Below, piece by piece: positions 26,068-39,800 of a DNA stretch of 64,000 nt. The DNA lies in contig CM082590.2 in assembly GCA_040954595.2 (NCBI GenBank), positions 10,690,088-10,754,087 on the forward strand, read 5' to 3'. The notes under the pieces are model-generated. The model saw nothing but the letters and a program-made list of their open reading frames with translations, had not been told where the DNA came from and did no database searches. Numbering within the stretch: the first letter of the stretch is position 1; every line of letters starts with the position of its first letter. This DNA is from Balanoglossus misakiensis. Its lineage: Eukaryota; Animalia; Hemichordata. Both the position numbers and the translations under genes were made by a program.

Positions 26068-28432
26068 AGCTAACAGACCAGACAATGTTGCAACCTTCAA
26101 CTTTTTAAAAAGTTGTCTATTTTTATTGTTTACGTTTGTTTAATCGTTTGTTTTGCTTCATAGCTTTTCACTGAGCTCGTCGTCTGATATTTTGTTAGTT
26201 TATGAAACTGCTGCTTAACGGCCTTGACGTTTGCTTTGTTGGTCATATCAGTTTTGGCAGACGGCCAAAACACACCTTTGTAAAGGCTTGTATCGTTTGT
26301 CTCGTTTCCATAGAGACGGAAATGTCGACCTTAAAATTATGCAATCCGGATAGACAAATCTGTCCGGATGGATTACGAGTTCTGACATGAGGCCGTTTTT
26401 CGAATGTTGTTGATTTCTGAGCCAAATAAAAGTCTAAGACTGCGAAAGCCAGAAACCAACTTTCAAACAGATTATATCAACACGTTTTTGGGACGACAAA
26501 AGAAAGTTAAGCGAGTTATACATGACTTGGAATAATTTCTGTCGACGTATATCATTTGATATAGTTTAACTCTGGAACTAATGGCAGGGTGGATTTCAGA
26601 TAGCGTTTGGTTATCGTCTGACGTGAGTAGCTCAAAGAAAGTAACCAGATACTGGTTGACTTGTTGACACCGTTGATATACTTTCTTGGTGCCGTTCGCT
26701 GTATGAACTACTTTTGCTATTCATCTCCGTAAAACTGTTTGCGCAAGGACGATTTTCGTTCCTGCTGACGAAGTAAACCCAAGTCGGTATTGAAATTCAG
26801 TTGGCATAAAGAAAAGTGCAAGTCACTGTTGTCCCGGCAGCGTCCAAGTGTCGAATCCTTGGAACGATTTGCCAGGACGCGTCACACTCGTAAAATAAGA
26901 TAAAATCGCCAAATGGAGAGAAAATATGGAAAATTGCGATCATGCAGATTCTTTGCTTAGATATGACCGTAGGGCCAATATATGCCCATTGAACGACAGC
27001 AACCAACGTCGGGTGATTTTTTAATCAAAAATTACCGGTAGCGCTTTTTTCTGCGGCTTTGATTAAGAATGATATACTTTGAGACTTCACACATGTGATG
27101 GGGGCGAAATTGTTATCAGTAGGTTCACCTGAAGGTGAAATTTGTAGACACAACCAGTAAGAGATCGTATAAACATAAAGGTCACCTTCATGGATACACA
27201 AGTTGGTCTCGCTTGAATGAAGAAGACCATTTTGCGCGGGAAACAAGCAAGGGCAATTATCCGAAAGCTTTTAGCGTTCAGAGGTCACCGTAGAGAATGG
27301 ACAGCCAGAATCCCCGCCAGTACATGGATTAAAAAAAATCGCCAAAGAAATTCGACCAACTGTGAAGAAACACATTGTGGAGAACGTGGCCTCTAGCATT
27401 GTTTCCAAGCAAAACAAACTCCAGTTAAAAAAAAACTTGCCATCGTTATCGTGCTAAATCTTTGCAGCACCTCCAAGGGAGGTAGACTTCTTTTTGTCTG
27501 GTATCTGTCGCGACAAAAGCGATTGTTTTGTGTTGTCCGTACAATGCAGTGCGTCCGTCTATAACGCTATACTGATTTTAATGACTGTTTTCTACGCGCA
27601 GTTAAATCCAGTTTTTTTTTTACGGTCAACGTGTTATGTCTCATGGACGAAACCTACCGTGAAACGATGCTTTTGTCGAAGAAACTAGACTCATACAACA
27701 TATATCACACTGTATCATGTCATTTTTAATGTGGCAGCTGCGTTTAAGTTTTACCTGTGTGTGAACATTTTTAAGTTGCCTTGGAAACAAGCGCGCATCC
27801 CATAGTCATGACCACACCCCTCATGTAGGAATATTAGTTTTATGCGATCAAACTTGGAACCTGAAATTATCGATAGAACTTATATGAGCTGAATTTGGAA
27901 ATATTGAGATTTTAAGATTTTGCTGTGTGTGTAACATGTCTTATATTTTTTCCTCTTCCCAACAGATTCTGAAAAGGTTGTCTAGATGATCTCGTCAATT
28001 TATTGTATGATCTACACCGTCGAGACTTTGGGGGCAACAGAACCACTAGAGTCGATGAACATGAAAGGTAAGCCTTTTTAAGTCCAAATTGAGACTTTCT
28101 GATACCACAAACTTAATTCCGACAACGTTTGTGTCGTCTGTCCCTTTGCACTGACCTACTAAAAACGTCACTATTCTGTGATTATTGCATAAAAGCGGAA
28201 GGGGTACCTGGATTTCGCGAGCCAGACAGTTTAATCACCAGACGTCACCTTGAATCGTAATCCAGTGACGTAATATAGATTATTGGAGGAGACGATGATT
28301 AACATGTACAGTCGTGCATTGGCATCGAACTATTTCGACCATGTCTGCTTTTTGAGGTCATTTGAACCAAACTAGCGACTACAAATCAAGCGTGGCAAAC
28401 ATGAGACATTGGACGCGTATTGATCTGTGTAA

Positions 28433-28649
28433 TCAGTCAGTCAGTCTGTCTGTCAGTCAGTCTGTCATTTATTCAGTCAGTCTGTCTGTATGTCTGTCTG
28501 TATGTCAGTCAGTCAGTCAGTCAGTCGATCAGTCAGTCAGTCTGTCATTTATTCAGTCAGTCAGTCAGTCTGTCATTTATTCAGTCAGTCTGTCTGTCTG
28601 TCTGTCTGTCTGTCAGTCAGTCAGTCAATAGTCAGTCAGTCAGTCTGTC
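28433..28649. repeat. (TCAG)n/(TCTG)n tetranucleotide satellite
   Basis: Directly visible, with a recurring GTCATTTATTCAGTCAG sub-unit. It produces the SQSV-rich spurious ORFs. Confidence 0.95.
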
Positions 28650-30608
28650 TTCATCTTTCTGAATTGACATATTGTCCCCATCTCTTATGTCTATCTATAC
28701 GTACACACTTTGAGGCGTTAATTTTGTTTGGGACAGAAGAACGGTTATACGAAATTATTACCAGGAGGGCGTTGAACTTGACGTAAACACTTGTTTTTGT
28801 TTATTTGGCATTGAGAGGGGCTTCTAGACCACCGAAAGATGCCAGTGAATGGGTCGAAGGGTTTGGTCAATTATGTCATTTGACGAAAACAAGGTCATGA
28901 TCGACATTCATATTGTGTAGACACGGTCAAGGCGAATGTTCTAGTTTAGCACTGCAGGTCATTTCGGCCGTTCACCTTTTGGACAAACACTTTTGGACAG
29001 AAATGGCGACCGTTTTCAGAACTCCAGGAGGTCCTGCGAGATCGTGGCTAGGCAGTTTATATATAGGTGAACATTTTTATGTGACACAGGACATATGGTC
29101 TATCGAGTTGAACGACAAGCAATTGACTTGTAGTACTTTATCTGGCTACTATATCTTGTATCACAACGCTTCATTGTTATTTCCAATGAATACTGGAGAA
29201 GACGAAGGTATATCATGTATAGAAGGAGTTGTAGATCCGCCACATATCTGTTGATAGACAACTATTTTTATAGACGTTGAATAGACATAATATGGTTCTC
29301 CCTGTGCATTGTCGTTGGGGGCGTCATGTGTTCCCTTAGCAACAGTACAGTGGAAAAACAAAATATACCACGGTGGTCGCTAGCGGCGCTAACCACATAA
29401 AATACAAAATGTATGCAGACTCATCTTTGCTTCGATATAAAACGAATTTCCTCTTGGCCTAATCGTGTCCTTTGGTTGAACCTGGATTTGCACTTTTTAT
29501 GAGGAGTTAATATTTGCTCGAAATATCACAGAGGTTACTCTGGCATGTGTTGTAGCTTTAATGTAACGCGCTTCCGGGCAGCACCGCATGTTTCGGGTTC
29601 GTTCGGTCAACTACAACATCCAAGTTCGTGCTTGCGTGTTACTATTTTCAGCACCGCTTCCGGGCGCTCTCAACAACTCCCTCGGTCTTCATAATTACCG
29701 TTGACCTTCAAAGCGAAACGACTTTTACTCGACACTCCAAAAATAGCGCAACACTCATAGTACGATTGAAATTGAAGTTTTATTTTGTGATGATAAAATA
29801 TAGACATTGCGAAATTACAACATTGCTAACTTGGGTGGGTAGTATTATTACTGGTACATTGCTTACCGAATTAAATGACTAGAAACAAATATTATAAATA
29901 TAGGACGTGAAATGTCTGAAATATTCCTGCCTAAAGGCCATCTAAATCAAACATTACGTTTAACGTCAACATATTAAACATTATTCTGTTTGTGGTCCAA
30001 TTCGAAGACATTTCAACGTGCATGGCACCGAAAGCAAAACACGCCTGGTATATCAGAATTCCTGCGTCATATCTGGAGATTCATTCAATACGTTCAAGAA
30101 GTTGATACATAATTAAACACTTTTGTTTGTATTATTCATGGAAAGACAGAGGTATTAACTTACGAGCCAATTGCAAGGATAACTTAGCAGCTCTTAATTC
30201 TTGGTAGAGTGTAACTTACTTAAAATGTCAACATATTTGAGTTTATCCTTACAGTAATCCCTGTGGAAGTTCATTAGATGATTAAAAATATTAGGAATGT
30301 TTACATTCAGTTTACATCAAGATGGACGTGTCAATGCAGCTCGGCGAACCTCGGGTAATCTCCGGTTTGTGACGTCAGGCCTGTTACCAGATATTCTTCC
30401 ATACTGTAGCAACTCCGTGTCTATGCAGATTAAAAAAAAGATATCAAATTTCAACGGAAGTGATTAAAATAATATTAAATATTTTTTAAGAATAATTCAC
30501 CTTCGTTGGCTAATGCTACCCATGACCTGTCCTCCATTTTTTCGAAATTTCACTTAAAACCATTTTCAAAAATACATTATTGTGAATGTCGCTTCATACC
30601 TTCTGTGT

Positions 30609-33600
30609 TTACAAGTGGTCGCCTGGACATGTAGGTTCTGTTGGGATTTGGCTGAACTCAATTGTAACCTCGTTTTCGTAGTTGCCACTGGATACCAGAC
30701 GCACAACTGCGTAGTAGCAGGGCAGGAATACGCTTAAGACCGCTTCTGGAATGAACGTTAACATATCAGTAAGCTTTAAGGGGGGTGAAGAGGAAAATTA
30801 TTATTGTTCCTTTAAAAGGACGACAATCGTCTTATGCGCATGTGTCAAACCAGAGACTCTGGTTACAAAAATGTATCTTTCACTTACTGTCGTGGCATAC
30901 TTCTCGTCCATCTCGCATCATGCGGTCAACGTCCAAGCCTGATCTTTTCAGAGCTAACAGGGTGCCGGGGGTGTCGCTCTCTCTTTCTTGTATTCGGCAT
31001 TTCTTGTCCCAGGTCACGTCCAGGCGGCCATTTCCGGTCACGTGTTTCTCAGTGACACCACACAGACGGGTCATTTCCCGGATGTTAGCGGTGTCATGGC
31101 CAGCCCTCTGCTGGAACTGCAAGAAGTCTCGCCCTCCGCACTGATACATTTGCCGAGAAAAGACGAGAAAATACACACAGATTGTCAGCAATACACATGG
31201 CAATCATTGTGACTTTTACACCTCGTCACGTAGTACATGGGTGGTTGGATAGATGGGCGGACAGACAGCCTACACACAGACAAACATACCTTTGTTGTTC
31301 CTTCGTCTTCAGAGTAAGCTATCTTCATATTTGTGATCTGCATATTGGTGGCAGACAACACCATCATGGAACAGTTCACACTCTCTCCATAATTCTTGAG
31401 GGTATGGGTGCCGGACGAGGCCACGGCTATAATGACGTCACACACTGGAAAATGGAGAGTGGTTGACAGTTTTTACGTAAACAATGCAATGTTTGGCTGT
31501 TAAATCACATTGAAGGGTTTCGATGACGTATATTGGGCTAAACTTGTCTCCCCGCCTTCATCTTTTTCTCTTCTACCAAAAGGTCAAGTCACACACTGAA
31601 ATGTGGCAACAATCTTTGAGTGTGTAACCTTTGTTAGTGGCCACCTCTATATAGTGGCCACTTTGTTACCGTCCCTGTGCAATTTACATGTACATTAATT
31701 GACCTGTCTATAAAGGCCACCAGTCTATAAAGATTCGAAGCCCCTTGACTGGCCGCTATAGACAGGTTCGACTGTACCATGGAGAACCTCCTTACTTTTG
31801 TTTGCCTTGGTTTTTCTCAAAGTGAACTTAAACATCTTTCCGGGGGTTGGAATTCTGAAGTTGAGTTGCGCAACATTCTGTGAAGATCGGTGAACACTGC
31901 GCAGCTCGGTGCATTGGACATAATACATCCTGTTGTAGTCAAAACCTGCGTTGCCCTCCTCGTTTGGGTAAACCGTGCCCTTGACGACGTGCCACCCATC
32001 AATAAACTGTTTAAGAAATAAAATTAATAATAAATGAAATAATGTATAACAGATAAACATTTAATACATGTAGTATCGGTAAAAACTCAAACTCTGCTAC
32101 TTTTTGCATTATTTTAATGATTTTACTTTCCATCTTAGATTTGTCCATCTAAATAAGCGTACTGATAGGTATACATGAATATCTTATCGATGCCTGATTG
32201 TGGCTGTATGTTCCCTTTAACAAGTGATATATAAAACGGGTGCCGCACCCATTTAATCAGCCTCCACACAACAGTATGCAGCTATCGTGGTATGAGTCGC
32301 CAAGAGATGACAAACTGATGCAAATGCAAGTATTATAGCTTAATGGTGAGGATTTTAAACGATGGGGAGGAGATTTGAAGTATTTTATGGTGGAAAAATA
32401 TGTGGAATTTGGCAGCTATAGTGGCTTTAATATTAGGAGAGTTTTTTTTGGCAAATCAAATCAAAATTCGACTACCAATGGTTTGACTTCTATACAATGA
32501 CTTTGACAACAACGTTATGGTTTGAGTTACTTTCGTCTGTGTCAGTTTATATCCGGGTTGTTCACACCGGGCTCTAGGTTAGTGACCGGAGAATTAGTTT
32601 GTTGATGATACAGCTGTAACGATTGAAGAAACCTTCGAATCCGGTAAAATGCCGTTTAAGTGTTAGTCACATAGAAATAATTCCTTCGATTTACAGACTC
32701 GTCATATAGAAATAAGAACACTGGATTGTAACAAGTTCTTTTGATATATGTTGAACACGTCATCAATTGCACAGATTGGGCACAAAGGGGAAGATTGTCT
32801 ATTTATTTGAGCTATTTTGAAGGTAGTTTTTGAAGTTTCTGTACACATTGGCGTAGATTGTGACATTTCTTGTGCGTTTGGAGAGGGTTTGATTCAACCA
32901 TTTGGCACGTTTACTTTTGTTTTCTACTGTAGTTCGTGTTGGATGCTTTGTGAAATGTCTCCCACGCCGTCACACTCTAATGAGATGTAATGGTTATTGC
33001 ACTTAGGCTAGGAGCAAAATTCTATCTCTGATTACTTGACTACGTCTGTGGAAGGCACGTCACGAGGCAAAAAACCACCAAATATGGCAATTTTTGCCTT
33101 CCAATCTCATGGGCCTCGGGTTGTGACGAGCAGGAGAACGGGACCGGCTCACGCACGCCGCCGGCCGAATCACAAAATACAAGTCGGCAAAAAGTTAAAT
33201 AAACGTCATCGAACTACGATTAGGGGTTTTTCCGTAACAATATCCATTTTGTTTGGTTTAATCCTTGGGCGTTTCTAGTGTATCACAACTAATTACCCGT
33301 TGAGTTCCATTTTTGTTCTGCTGTTCAGAAAAAAAAGAGAACATTAAGCGAAGTCACCGTGCATTTTTTTTGCGCGACCAGCAGATTTGAAGTAAATGTC
33401 TTGTAGTTGGTAATCCGGTTGCTTGATGACCACGTGATCAAACTTTAGAAATGCTATTGGCCAGAAAATTGGTTAAGATTTCGGCTGAGATTATCTTAAT
33501 ATCAACAAGGAGGTCATGTTTGTCTAAGTGCCATCTGACTGCAAAAAGGAGCAAATGCAATCAAAGTGGACGTGCTCTTGAGATCATGCAAATAGTTACA

Positions 33601-34419
33601 GGGTGGAGTTGGTCTGATAGATGGATAGAACAAAATTCACATTGTTGGCGAATAACTTTTGGAGTGTCTAAACCGAGAGTCAAAAATATCCCTTTGTTCA
33701 AGGCACGTTCGAATATTTCAGAAGCAATATTGATACATAGCATCAACCTACCGCTACCCACTGTTCATTTCTATTACCGCATCGCACCTCTTCGTCGATG
33801 TGTGTGAATTCAACAGTTATCAGCTCATCGGGCTCAGCCAACAAATATGTCATACACTCTGTTGACAACCCTTCCGACACATAATAATATTCGCCTTCAG
33901 TGTTGATCGCATCCGTGCAAGCTGAAATGTACAGCCATCTATGTTAATAACATGTACATATTTTTTTAGAAAAATGATAGTCTTCCAAACATTCAAACTT
34001 TTGGTGATATTAAATCGTGTGGGGAGTTTTGTTCAAAACCAAAGGAGAAAATTGGGTGTAGTCCGTCTTGTTTTCATAAAAACTTTTAAGTTTCTCTACA
34101 AACTTAACACACAGATTGGCGGCCATTTTGGATATCGAATTCGAGACAATTTTGCTCTTTCATTGAGAAATTGTGCATACCCTCAGTATTTATTCGTAAT
34201 TTTAAGAAGGAATTAATCTGAAGTTGCCTTGATCAAAATATGATTGTCTAATTACCAACACCAAGAAGCCTCTATCATGTGTCGGGCATCCGGCTTGAAC
34301 GTGTTTTGGACTATAGATGTTCAATTTGTCAAGTTTGCATTTCCTTGGTTACACATTGGTCGCCATGGTTACTTACCTAGCGTATTGTTAGGCGTTCGCT
34401 TGACAGGAGGCGGAAAATG
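30609..34419 (-). CDS. CRHBP: Corticotropin-releasing factor-binding protein-like, unit/paralog 2 (first exon unresolved)
   Basis: Exons 34419-34377 (HFPPPVKRTPNNTL), 33921-33752 (CTDAINTEGEYYYVS..LLAEPDELITVEF), 32006-31796 (FIDGW..SSQNVAQLNFRIP), 31444-31290 (CDVII..KNYGESVNCS), 31140-30888 (CGGRDFLQF), 30745-30609 (CYYAVVRLVSSGNYENEVTIEF..TAA). All are GT-AG and intron phases are identical to unit 1. DGW, SQNVA and VVRLVSSG are CRF-BP hallmarks. Confidence 0.88.
31622..31776. mobile_element. Tc1/pogo-type MITE remnant in a CRF-BP unit 2 intron
   Basis: Ends in ...ATAGACAGGTTCGACTG-TA (reverse complement TA-CAGTCGAACCT). It has internal GGCCAC repeats and shares GGCCACCTCTATATAGTGGCCA and CCTGTGCAATTTACATGTACA with 60981-61075. 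Confidence 0.65.
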
Positions 34420-34997
34420 CTGTTAGGAAAAAGCCATAATCGATATTACTTATGTTAATGCGCATGTTTTATATAAACGTCATCGCATCTATCAAATATC
34501 AGCAATCATGCGAACACCCCCCTTTGGGCTCAACTTCCACTGAAGGACATTTTAATTAGCGTTTATAAAATCTTCAAATGTGTTCTTCATAAGCTCAAAT
34601 TTCGGATTGATCACAGGGATATTTTGTTCTCTACGACAACTAAGTAATTGTACATTTAAAAGACCCCTTTCCTCTGGCTTCGATCGTTTCAATGGAAGGA
34701 TTTTTAAGTGGTTATTTTACAACATTTGTACAGGATGTGCACGCACTAAAAGGACTCCAAATTTGTTTTTCCCCCTAAAGGGATAAATTTAGAGTTGCTA
34801 GAAAACCCAATCTACCAATAATATGATTATTATAGCAGGGTCAGATGACCATGCAGTGTCTGTGTAAAGGTCAATCCCTTCGAATAGTGATCTGTTGGAG
34901 AAACTGGTCAGTGGGCTTAGCTTGGGCAATTAACATATAGGGGCTGTTTCTTTGTATACACTGATAGTGGACAATCATAGAGGTAAAGAAGGCTTAC

Positions 34998-35005
34998 CTG
35001 CAATG
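34998..35005 (-). other. Candidate 8-nt micro-exon CATTGCAG of CRF-BP unit 2
   Basis: Minus strand reads ttatcattttacccctaattctctag|CATTGCAG|gtaagc. It enters in phase 1 and exits in phase 0, matching the phase-0 start of exon 34419. Confidence 0.45.
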
Positions 35006-35102
35006 CTAGAGAATTAGGGGTAAAATGATAACATTTATTGTATTATTAATCTAACAATAGATGATGAAATGTCATGTCATCTGATCCATGTGGATCATTG
35101 TT

Positions 35103-35186
35103 TTATGAAGCCGAACAAAAAACCATGGTTGATACACAGGATGTAAGAATACTAAAAATAACCAAAGTAAATATCATTGAGAACAT
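35103..35186 (-). other. Candidate signal-peptide exon for CRF-BP unit 2
   Basis: ATG at 35186 gives MFSMIFTLVIFSILTSCVSTMVFCSAS*. Only weak donors are available (T|GTGTAT after 35138, phase 1; ATG|GTTTTT, phase 0). Confidence 0.3.
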
Positions 35187-36880
35187 AAGACGAGTACTCC
35201 GCTGTGTTTTTGTGATGACGTTTTTCACGTCTTCCTTTAATTTTTATGGTGAAAAAATTCGATCTCAGAACTAGATCTGATTGTGACAATAAATTGTGTG
35301 CACTGTGAGGAATTCACATCAAGTGTAATTTGACAATCTTCAAAAATATTCAGTACATGAGTTCTGATTTTATTCCAAAAACAGATTTTACAAAACCACC
35401 GGTCGGATAAAATCAAGATTACAAATCTGCTGATCGAAATCAGTTGTGAAATATACTTATTCCATTGTCTTTCATTAAAATAATAAAATAACAGCAAGTT
35501 GAAGAAAATATAAATATATATATATTGTATTGAGACCACCGCTTACATGTATAACCACAGAGAAAGAACTCAGATATATTCTTAAATTATAGTATGGGTT
35601 TCAAATAATTACTTTTGGTACCATCTATGAGACAAATTCAAAAGTATTACCCTGTATTTTAGATAAATAGAAAGGGTTTGAGGTCACGTGGTCTTTCAAC
35701 TAAAAGTCCTCTGAGAGTTAACCATCCGTTATATAATTTTAATATTCTAATATTTATATGGACGTCAGATTAAATACTATCTGGCAAATAGCCTTATCGT
35801 TGAGTTCGGAAAATTGTCTAATGTCGATTGCGTCAAACTGTCGCTTTGCAATATTGCAGAGAAGAACAAAGAATGTGGGTCGCTTTCGAATGTCCATTTT
35901 ACCTTCAATCAATTAATCTATTCTATCAACATATTACTTAAGATTTGTACACCTAGGATCCAACTACAACCTACCCCTGGCAAAATGATAACAGTTTGTT
36001 TGAATTTTTTTTCCAGGCAAAGAGAACTGTGTGTACCTAAATCTAACAACACTGAAATGGTCAAGACGATCACAGGAATCTGCAACGGGCAAGAAGAAAA
36101 TATACCTTCTCACAAATTGACTGCTTTGACCGAAGAATGCACAAAACGTGAGTCTAATTTAAGTTAATTAAATTTATATAATGTAATTTCTATGCACATA
36201 AATAATGTTAGTGAATATAGGAAAACACCCCTACAAAAAGGTTGCCAGAAATGTTAGGCCTATTCAATACGTTTATACCACCTGTTGCCATGTCGTGCTT
36301 CACGCAGTGTCTGAGGGATACAGACATGTCTATCCCAGGTAAAAATGTAATGATACATCAAATGATGTTTGTCGAGGTGACAGTAAAGGTAGGTGTAATC
36401 TTGTGCGATTTAGTGTAAATTGAATGTATGACGTCATATATTCGCTGTGGCCTGTAGTTACCGGTGTTTTCTGTGGGGAAATGTAAAAAAAATGGAAAAG
36501 TCAATAGATTATACTTTTATTAGCGAAAAATCATTCGAGCACGTATGCGCACGCATGGTTCTTTTAGTCGACTGAAGAAGAGTCCATTTCAGCCTTCGTG
36601 CTGCTAATAAAAAAACTTCAAAAACCGCGATTTCTGACAGGAAACAATATGCTGCAAGGTTTGTTCGATACGCCGCCTGACAATATCAGTCTTCTAAGTG
36701 GTCATGTGACCTACTGAATTCTGGGAATCGTCAATAAATGCGCCGAACACTTCTGGAAATTGTCCCACCATCTAGTATCTCTCATTGTATTTTAAGCGTT
36801 TTTGTTAATTTCTCCGGATGTATAGATAGCTATGGAATATAATAATCTCTATTTGAATCAAGTTGCTATGGCTACCAACC

Positions 36881-39800
36881 TCAAGGCATGCACTGTTCGT
36901 CCTCTCTTCCTTCGAATCGTGCGTATTCGAAAGTGACGTGGTTGTCATGGTTACCACTAGAGACCAATCGCACCACTGAATCGATGCAGTTCAGTGCCAC
37001 ACTGATAGTGGCAGCTTTGAATTAAAAAAAATAATAGAAAATGTGTTAACATTAACGTGACCAAAAGGGGTCTTCTAAATGTGAGAATAAAAACGACTGA
37101 ATTTTCATATAGGTGACAGAATAGGGCAGGCAATATTAGCTACGTACTGTTTTTACACAGGGTTGGTGAGGTTTTGAGAAAGTCCCATGAAGACTTGCCG
37201 TCATTTGAAGCTTCCTCTGTGACGTCATGTCTGACGTCACGGTGAGAAGGTGGTGATGACGGTGAGGAGGAGTGTGAGGAGGAATACAAAGGTGGTGATT
37301 GGTTGATTGGGGTAATGACGTCACAGGACTCACGCCATGTCATTTCCACGTTGCCCTTGGCGTTGACCTTGATTCCTGATTGGCCACACATCTCAGTCAC
37401 CTTTATTGAGTTGGTAGAGCCGATATCGTACGCCTTCAAGAACTGGACAACATCCTGTCCGTTGGTACACTGAAATCAATCAATTAATCAATTAGCAACC
37501 AAAAATGCAAATTAACAAGTAACTTTTTACCAAGCTGATTTAGCTTGTTGACGTGTACATTCGCTAATTTAAAATGGTTTATCTATATTTACCATGCCGT
37601 TATAGCTAAAATAAAAACAAGTTAATTGTACTTAATATCCAAATTCGCTAAAAAAGCACGCCGCTAAATGAATTGCAGTATGTCAATCAAATCAAATTTT
37701 GCTGGAGTTTTTACCTGTTCATCATCGTCGTTGCCGCCCACCTTCGCATCGGTTAGAGAAATACGCGAAGAACTTAGGATTGTAAAGCTGCAGTTGCCTT
37801 GGTTACCAAAGTTTCGGATCGTGTGCGTCCCCTCGTTGAACATAGCGACAGCATTACATGCTGGAAGTGAAGGAAACAGTAAAAAGTTCTGTGTTGCCAA
37901 AAATATACCGTTTTTATCTTGTCTACATTCGTGTCCATCTTATTAAGGATGTACATATACGAATCAGTAAAATTGAAAATATGTTAAGGAAGTTTACTTA
38001 AAATAGAGCGCGATGACCATACGATTTTATTTGACCGATGAATTTATTTTTATTTGACTGAGCAGAGCTATGTGTAAAATTTCTTGAAAATGACAACAGT
38101 AGAAGCTAGTTTTCTAGCTATTCTCAATGTAATCCTATGGATGGAGACAAATGCGCATACATTTGCGCAGTTTACAAGTTTCCGTTCTGTGCGTACATCC
38201 TTAAAGGAAACCTTTCAATATTGTATTTGTTACATTTGCGTGGTTACTGACATTAGGATCCATTACGGAAGAGTTACGCTGGAGGGTTTGACAGAGTTGT
38301 ATGTTATTTGAACACTTACGATGTTTGATCTTTCTGGTTCTAAAGTTCACCCGAAACCCTGCTCCTGGTCGAGAAATATTGAAGTAAAGTTGCGCAACGT
38401 TTTGCGAAGCGATGAACGTCTTTTTCTGTGCTACGCCGCAGAACTGAGTAATACGGTCGTTTAGTGGAGTGTGATGATCTTCCGCTGGAGGAAAAATAAC
38501 TCCTTCTTTTGGAACCCATCCATCTATGAACTGCAATAAGAAGTTGTGAGCTTAAGTGAATTGAGAGCCCTCGTCATAACAGGTGTACACTATCTTCGTG
38601 TTCTATGAAAACAATGTATGTGTATATACATGTACATGTACATATACGCATTGTCACACAAGTAAAATGCATAGATTGACGAAAGTAAAACTTACAAAAA
38701 TAGTATTGGTTTCACAAGAAACATTGAAATCTTCAAATTCTAGCATCACCTCTTCGTCAGGAAGAGCCATGAAGTATACGCGACAAGCTCCATGCGTTGC
38801 ACCATCTGACGTGTAGAAGAATTCGCCCTCCACAGCTAACATATCAATACAGTCTAATTGAAAACAAAGTTAACGTTAGATATCTGTGTTTCTGTTCGAA
38901 CAATGTAATCCTTTGTTTTATCAGCTTTAATACATCATGCTAGCAAGCTTTAGTATTTTAATATTTATCAATTATTAACCCGAGCCCTTTTTACGGCAGC
39001 GTACATACTTTTATGATTGCTACTATCTTTGCGATTTTGTTCTTAAGCTTTGAAGAGAGGGTTTACAATGGACATGCATATAGATTCAGTTTGATGTGAA
39101 TCACTTTATTATTTGAGATAAGGTTGTGGCGTCGTTATGTATCAACGCTCAAGTAACTCTTAACTTTTGGCGGTTTTCTCGGCTGTTTGGTTTGGGTGTC
39201 AACTGTGGTTTCTTGATGTACTCTGTCATTTCTTGGAATTTCAACAGGTATCATTTGTCATGACAAGATCGGTTGAGACTCCGCGAAACTAAAGTGGAGC
39301 TGGCAATTTGTTAAATGAAGAATCGTGATTTCTTTTCTATCAAATGTCATTGCCATAAACTACTAAATGCCAAGGTCGTCGTAGAGTGGGGCTGGAAGTG
39401 ATTGAAATTGACCTTGAAATAGAATAAACAGCTGCATGTCAACGGAACTATAAAAACTTATTTTTTAAAGTGATCTGATTTAATTACATTGTACAAGCAA
39501 TATCAGTACGCCTCTGTGAAATGCATTGTAAACCATTGTACACCCTCTTCCATATTTAATGATCTAATTATTAGCATGTAGATAAGTTTAAAATTTACGC
39601 CAAAAGCCTTAAATCTACGTTAAGATTAATTTCAGTGATGACTAGCTTACCACAAGCATATTATATGGCCTTTCACTATTCTACATTTTCGCCATCGTTG
39701 TCTTTACAATATTTCCACACATTTGAACCGTTTTGTGAGGTAGTAAGTACCCCGGGGACACAGTTCAAATACAAAGTTGACCAATCCTGCAGATTATCTA

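Noticed and set aside
28362-28786. SQSV/LSVC-repeat ORFs
   Set aside because: They are translations of the tetranucleotide satellite.
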